From an uncultured Acidobacteriota bacterium (GTDB lineage: Bacteria; Acidobacteriota; Polarisedimenticolia; J045), in assembly GCA_963702425.1 (NCBI GenBank), contig CAVPCQ010000024.1, forward strand, positions 56,577-120,576: 64,000 nt of DNA. Direction: 5' to 3'. Each line of letters starts with the position of its first letter. The first letter of the stretch is position 1. Both the position numbers and the translations under genes were made by a program. A model generated the notes under the pieces. That model was not told where the DNA came from and searched no databases. It saw only the letters and a program-made list of their open reading frames with translations. Shown piece after piece: positions 58,932 to 64,000 of this stretch.

Positions 58932-61522
58932 TCCGGCTGCTGACGCGCTCCGGCCTGCGGCACGCGCTGGCCCACCCGGCGCAGCTCGCGCTGTCGGTGC
59001 TGGGGGTGGCGCTCGGCGTCGCGGTCGTGGTGGGGATCGAGCTCGCCTCCGACAGCGCGAATCGCGCCTTCGCGCTCTCGACCGAGGCGATCACCGGGCG
59101 CACCACGCACCACGTCTTCGGCGGGCCCGCGGGACTGCCGGACGCGGCGTATGTCGCGCTGCGCGTCGGGGCTGGCGTGCGGCCGTCGGCGCCGGTGGTC
59201 GAGGGGTTCGTGGCGGTGCCGGGGCGGGCCGGCGTGACGCTGCGCGTGCTGGGCGTGGACCCGTTCGCGGAGGCGCCGTTCCGGCCGTTCCTCGCGCCGG
59301 GTGGTGCACCGGACGCGCCGGGTGGTGCACCGGACGTCCCAGGCCGCGACGGCGCCTTCGACCTGAACGCCTGGCTGACGCGCCCCGGCGCGGTGGCGCT
59401 CTCGCCCGCCACGGCGCGCGCGGTCGGCGTCGCGCCGGGCGGGAGCTTCGAGATCGAGTCGGGCGGGACGCGGCAGCGCGTCGCGCTGGCGGCGCTGATC
59501 GAGCCGCAGGACGAGCTGGCGCGCCGGGCCGTCGAAGGGCTGCTGCTGGCCGACGTCGCGACCGCGCAGGAGCTGCTCGGCCGCGTCGGCCGGCTGTCGC
59601 GGATCGACCTGATCGTGCCCGACGGCGCGGCGGGGGAGGCGCTGCTCGCGCGGGCCCGCGCCGCGCTGCCCGCGGGTGCGACGATCGTGCGCGCCGCCGC
59701 GCGCAGCGCGTCGATCGAGACCATGACCGGCGCCTTCCGCCTCAACCTGATGGCGCTGTCGCTGCTGGCGCTGGTCTGCGGCGCGTTCCTGATCTACAAC
59801 GCGATGACCTTCTCGGTCGTGCAGCGCCGGCCGCAGATCGGCCGGCTGCGCGCGCTCGGCGTGACGCGGCGCGAGGTGCTGGCGGGGGTCCTCGGCGAGG
59901 CGGCGGGGGTCGGGATCGCCGGAACGGCGCTCGGGCTGCTGCTGGGGGTCGCGCTCGGGCGCGGCCTGGTGGTGCTGGTGACGCAGACGATCAACGACCT
60001 CTACTTCGTGCTGACCGTGCGCGAAGCGATCGTCTCGCCCTGGCCGCTCCTGAAGGGGGCGGCGCTCGGCCTGGCCGGGACGCTGCTCGCCGCCCTGCCG
60101 CCGGCGCTCGAGGCGACCGGCGTGCCGCCGGTCACGGTCCTGTCGCGCTCGGCGGTCGAGACCGGCGTGCGGCGCGCGCTGCCGCGGCTCGTGGCGGCCG
60201 GCCTCTCCCTGCTGGCGCTGGCCGCGCTGCTCCTCGCGCTCCCGACGAAGAGCCTCCTCGTGTCGTTCGCCGGGCTCTTTGCGGTGATCCTCGGCTGCGC
60301 GCTCCTGACGCCGGCGGCGGTGCTGGGGTTCGCGCGCCTGGTGGCGCCGCCCGCCGCGCGCGCGTTCGGGATCCTGGGCGGGATGGCGGCGCGCGGCGTC
60401 GCGGCCGGGTTGTCCCGCACCGGCGTCGCCACCGCGGCGCTGATGATCGCGATCTCGGTGGCGGTCGGCGTCGGCGTGATGATCGGCAGTTTCCGCGACA
60501 CGGTGATCCGCTGGCTCGAGTACACGCTGGCGGCGGACGTCTACGTCACCGCGCCCAGCTCGATCGACTCGCGGAGCGAGCGGCCGCTCGATCCGGCGCT
60601 GGTCGCGGCCCTGCGTGGCGCCCCCGGGGTGGCCGCGGCACACGCGCTGCGCGCGACCGAACTGGAGACGCCGGACGGCCCGGTGCCGATCGTGGCGATC
60701 GACATGACGCCGCGTGGCCACGGGGCCTTCTCGTTCAAGCAGGGCCGACCGGAAGCGATCTGGCCGGCCTTCGACGCGGGCGGCGCGGTGCTCGTCTCCG
60801 AGCCGTTCGCGTTCCGGCGCGGGGTCGGCGTCGGCGACCGGGTGATGCTGCCGACCGATCGCGGACCGCAGGCGTTCCTGGTGGCCGGGGTTTTCTTCGA
60901 CTACGGCTCCGACCGCGGCGTGGTGATCATGAGCCGTGCGACGTGGGACCGCGCCTTCGAGGACCGCGGCGTCAACGCACTGGGGCTTTTCGTCGCCGAC
61001 GGCGCCGATCCCGACGCGCTGGTCGAGGCGCTGCGGGCGCGGGTGCCGGCCGGGCAGGAGGTCGTGATCCAGTCGCAGCGCACGATCAAGCGGATCTCGC
61101 TCGAGATCTTCGACCGGACCTTCCTGATCACCGCGGTGCTGCGCTTCCTCGCGTTCGTCGTGGCCTTCGTAGCCGTGCTGTCGGCGCTGATGGCCCTGCA
61201 GCTCGAGAAGGCGCGCGAGATCGCGGTGCTGCGCGCGAACGGGATGACGCCCGGACAGGTCTTCCAGCTGGTGACGGCGGAGACCGCGATCCTGGGGGCC
61301 GTGGCCGGTCTGCTCGCGCTGCCGGTCGGGCTGGTGCTCGCCGCGCTGATGATCTTCGTGATCAACCGGCGCTCGTTCGGCTGGTCGCTCTCGATGACGG
61401 TCGACCCGTGGCTGCTGGCCCAGGCCTTCGGCGTCGCGGTGCTGGCGGCGGTGCTGGCCGGGCTCTACCCGGCGATGCGCATGGCGCGGACCTCGCCCGC
61501 GCTGGCGCTGCGGGAGGAGTGA
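58928..61522 (+). CDS. FtsX/MacB-like ABC permease with duplicated architecture
   Basis: [31 protein letters not shown]...[15 protein letters not shown]. Confidence 0.92.
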   Translation: MIRLLTRSGLRHALAHPAQLALSVLGVALGVAVVVGIELASDSANRAFALSTEAITGRTTHHVFGGPAGLPDAAYVALRVGAGVRPSAPVVEGFVAVPGRAGVTLRVLGVDPFAEAPFRPFLAPGGAPDAPGGAPDVPGRDGAFDLNAWLTRPGAVALSPATARAVGVAPGGSFEIESGGTRQRVALAALIEPQDELARRAVEGLLLADVATAQELLGRVGRLSRIDLIVPDGAAGEALLARARAALPAGATIVRAAARSASIETMTGAFRLNLMALSLLALVCGAFLIYNAMTFSVVQRRPQIGRLRALGVTRREVLAGVLGEAAGVGIAGTALGLLLGVALGRGLVVLVTQTINDLYFVLTVREAIVSPWPLLKGAALGLAGTLLAALPPALEATGVPPVTVLSRSAVETGVRRALPRLVAAGLSLLALAALLLALPTKSLLVSFAGLFAVILGCALLTPAAVLGFARLVAPPAARAFGILGGMAARGVAAGLSRTGVATAALMIAISVAVGVGVMIGSFRDTVIRWLEYTLAADVYVTAPSSIDSRSERPLDPALVAALRGAPGVAAAHALRATELETPDGPVPIVAIDMTPRGHGAFSFKQGRPEAIWPAFDAGGAVLVSEPFAFRRGVGVGDRVMLPTDRGPQAFLVAGVFFDYGSDRGVVIMSRATWDRAFEDRGVNALGLFVADGADPDALVEALRARVPAGQEVVIQSQRTIKRISLEIFDRTFLITAVLRFLAFVVAFVAVLSALMALQLEKAREIAVLRANGMTPGQVFQLVTAETAILGAVAGLLALPVGLVLAALMIFVINRRSFGWSLSMTVDPWLLAQAFGVAVLAAVLAGLYPAMRMARTSPALALREE
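59294..59335 (+). repeat. 21-bp in-frame tandem duplication
   Basis: GCGCCGGGTGGTGCACCGGAC x2, encoding APGGAPD x2. Confidence 0.9.
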
Positions 61523-62712
61523 TGCCCGGGCGGGGCGTCCTGCTGGCGGCGGCTTTTGCAGTCGCGCTCGCGGCGCTGGGTGCGCTCGCGTGGCGCGCGA
61601 CGGCGCACGAGCGGGCGCCGCTCGCGGCCGGCCTCTCGCTGAAGGACGCCATGGGGTCCCGTGCCGACGACACGCTCTACGCGCGCGCCGTCGCGCCGCG
61701 GCCGTTCGCGTTCCCCGCCGACCACGGGCCGCACCCGGAGTTTCGGACCGAGTGGTGGTACTTCACCGGCAACCTCGCGGCCGCCGACGGCCGCGCCTTC
61801 GGCTACCAACTGACCTTCTTCCGCCAGGCGGTCGCTCCGGAGTCGCCGGACGACACGCCGCGCGCCTCGGCGTGGGCGGCGCGGCAGGTGTACCTGGCGC
61901 ACTTCGCGGTCACCGACGTCGAAGGCCGCCGCTTCCACGCCTTCGAGCGCTTCGCGCGCGGGGCGGCCGGACTGGCGGGGGCGGACCTCGTGCCGGAGCG
62001 CGGGCTGCGCGTCTTCCTCGAGGATTGGAGCGCGGAAGGGCCGGGCGAGGCGATCTTGCCGCTGCGGCTGCGCGCGGCGGACGGGAGCGTCGCGATCGAC
62101 CTGTCTCTGGAACATGGAAAACCGCCCGTGCTCCAGGGAGACGCGGGCCTCTCTCAGAAGGGCCCCGAGCCCGGCAACGCGAGCTTCTACTATTCGCTCA
62201 CCCGGATGCCGACCTCCGGCACGCTCACGGTCGACGGGCGCACGTTCCCGGTGACGGGCGCGAGCTGGATGGACCGCGAGTGGTCGACCAGCGCACTCCC
62301 CGACGGCGTCGTCGGTTGGGACTGGTTCGCGCTGCAACTCGACGACGGCAGCGAGCTGATGCTCTACCAGCTTCGGCGCGCGGACGGCTCGGCCGACCCG
62401 TTCAGCAAGGGGACGCTGGTCGCGGCCGACGGCCGCTCGACGCGGCTCGGCGCGGACGACTTGCAGTTGGCGGCGGAAGGGGCGTGGCGCAGCCCGTCCG
62501 GGGCCGAGTACCCCGCCCGCTGGCGGCTCGCGATCGCGTCGCACGCGATCGCCCTGACCGTGACGTCGGCGCTGGCGGACCAGGAGCTGCCGGTCTCGAT
62601 CCGCTACTGGGAGGGAGCGGTCCGCGCCGAGGGAACGCGCGACGGCGCAGCGGTCCGCGGCGTCGGGTACCTCGAGATGACCGGGTACGCCGGGACTCCG
62701 GGCGCGCGCTAG
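61522..62712 (+). CDS. AttH/CrtC-like double-lipocalin protein
   Basis: [49 protein letters not shown]. Confidence 0.9.
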   Translation: MPGRGVLLAAAFAVALAALGALAWRATAHERAPLAAGLSLKDAMGSRADDTLYARAVAPRPFAFPADHGPHPEFRTEWWYFTGNLAAADGRAFGYQLTFFRQAVAPESPDDTPRASAWAARQVYLAHFAVTDVEGRRFHAFERFARGAAGLAGADLVPERGLRVFLEDWSAEGPGEAILPLRLRAADGSVAIDLSLEHGKPPVLQGDAGLSQKGPEPGNASFYYSLTRMPTSGTLTVDGRTFPVTGASWMDREWSTSALPDGVVGWDWFALQLDDGSELMLYQLRRADGSADPFSKGTLVAADGRSTRLGADDLQLAAEGAWRSPSGAEYPARWRLAIASHAIALTVTSALADQELPVSIRYWEGAVRAEGTRDGAAVRGVGYLEMTGYAGTPGAR

Positions 62713-62999
62713 TCGAGTTTCCCGAGCCTCTTCCCGGCCAGCGACGGCACCTTGTCGGTCCGGGTCCCGATCTTGACGCTCGTCGCGATCCGTACGACCC
62801 CCTCCGCGTGCAGCGTCTCGTGGATGCGCTGAATCGCGGCGAGGATGTCGTCCAGCTCCCCTTCGACGTTGGTGCCGTAGGCGTGAGCTTCGACCGTCAG
62901 GCCGGACTCGACCAGCAGCTGGTGCGCGCGCCGGACCTGCGGCCGCACGGAGACGCCGACCCCGATCGGGATGACCTGGATTTCCGCGAGGGCTCTCAT
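62709..62999 (-). CDS. MTH1187 family thiamine-binding protein
   Basis: AEIQVIPIG...HAYGTNVEGE...KIGTRTDK. Confidence 0.88.
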   Translation of the reverse strand: MRALAEIQVIPIGVGVSVRPQVRRAHQLLVESGLTVEAHAYGTNVEGELDDILAAIQRIHETLHAEGVVRIATSVKIGTRTDKVPSLAGKRLGKLD

Positions 63000-63032
63000 G
63001 GACCGCATTGTAGCCGAGGGCGGCGCGGTCGC

Positions 63033-63061
63033 TTGACCAATCAATCAGTCACTCCTATCGT
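63033..63061 (+). promoter_or_regulatory. Putative sigma70 promoter with overlapping dyad
   Basis: TTGACC-17 nt-TATCGT; TGAC-N10-GTCA at 63034-63051. Confidence 0.5.
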
Positions 63062-63096
63062 GGAGCAGGCTGCACGCCGCGGCCCCAGGAGTCCCC

Positions 63097-63972
63097 ATGA
63101 CCGTCCGTATGTCCCTTCGTCGCGCCGTTGTCGCCACCGCGGCCTGCGCTGCCACATTGTTCTTCCTGGCGCTCCCCGCGGCCGCCGACGACGATTCGGC
63201 CGGTCTCAAGCCGGCGCGCGTCCTCTCCGACGACTGGCACTTCGAGCTCGGCGGGCTCTGGTCCGACTTCAGTTCCTCGCTGCAAGTGAGCCGGGACCGG
63301 GGCCTCGGGACCAGCCTCAACCTCGAGGACGACCTCGGCCTCTCGTCGGACACGACGACCTGGTACGTCAACGGGTTCTGGCGCATCGGTGGCCCCAACT
63401 CGGTCGGTTTCGCCTACGCCGCGTTCAACCGCGACGGCAGCAACAAGCTCGACCAGGCGATCACGATCGGCGACACCGTCTACGACGTCGACGCGCGGGT
63501 CGACTCCAGCCTGGACTTCAATTTCCTGCAGCTCTACTACCACTGGTCTGCGATCAACAACGGGAAGACCGAGGCGGGATTCTCGTTCGGTCTCAGCACC
63601 TACAAGATCAGGGCGTCGATCTCCGGCGAGGGGACCGTCAACGGGAACGGCGAACCGACGTTCCGCAGTGCCGCCACGGAAACAGAGGACGTCGTCGCCC
63701 CGATCCCGGTGGTCGGCCTGTTCATCAACTACGCGTTCACGCCGAACCTGATCCTGATGGCCAACGCGAACTTCTTCCGCATCAACGTGAGTGGCGTCTC
63801 GGGCAGAGTGATCTCGAGCCAGGCCAGTCTGGACTGGTACTTCACCAAGAACTTCGGGGTGGGCGCGAGCATCTACGGGAACTACGCCCAGGTCGAGGTA
63901 TCCGGCGACACCGATTGGAACGTCGGCCTCGATCAGGCCGGCTTCGGGGCGCACGCTTCATTCGTGTTCTGA
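63097..63972 (+). CDS. Outer-membrane beta-barrel protein
   Basis: Signal peptide, LNLEDDLGL, APIPVVG, amphipathic strands, terminal Phe (ASFVF). Confidence 0.8.
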   Translation: MTVRMSLRRAVVATAACAATLFFLALPAAADDDSAGLKPARVLSDDWHFELGGLWSDFSSSLQVSRDRGLGTSLNLEDDLGLSSDTTTWYVNGFWRIGGPNSVGFAYAAFNRDGSNKLDQAITIGDTVYDVDARVDSSLDFNFLQLYYHWSAINNGKTEAGFSFGLSTYKIRASISGEGTVNGNGEPTFRSAATETEDVVAPIPVVGLFINYAFTPNLILMANANFFRINVSGVSGRVISSQASLDWYFTKNFGVGASIYGNYAQVEVSGDTDWNVGLDQAGFGAHASFVF

Positions 63973-64000
63973 GGCCGGCGCCTTCGCCCGGGCCCGGATC

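Overview
High-GC bacterial chromosomal window spanning the replication origin. Acidobacteriota is plausible from an acidobacterial-type VWA protein and the secreted-protein style, but this is inference only. Order: yidC-yidD-rnpA-rpmH (minus), bipartite oriC around dnaA, dnaN-recF-gyrB-gyrA-tal, an acyl-CoA carboxylase trio, hup, larB, dnaG-rpoD, then a ~7.3 kb accessory block before tRNA-Ile2(CAU). That block holds a secreted HExxH/PKD protein, an integrase-less attC cassette array (CALIN), a MerB-like remnant, a ferredoxin and a VWA protein. Next come zinc-ribbon, rnhA and yggS genes, an inserted FAAL-ACP-reductase gene with a structured leader, divIVA and hutI. The right half is mixed: squalene synthase-like, DUF2891, AAA14/DUF4143 ATPase, secreted peptidase, rocD, a methyltransferase-kinase-GT2-GT4 fusion, nif3, CYTH, a deaminase, an MNT-HEPN pair, and a coupled DUF1295/cfa-like/ABC/AttH operon. 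At least ten single frameshifts, including in dnaN and gyrB, most likely reflect sequencing or assembly indels. All product calls come from motifs recognised by eye; no database search was run.
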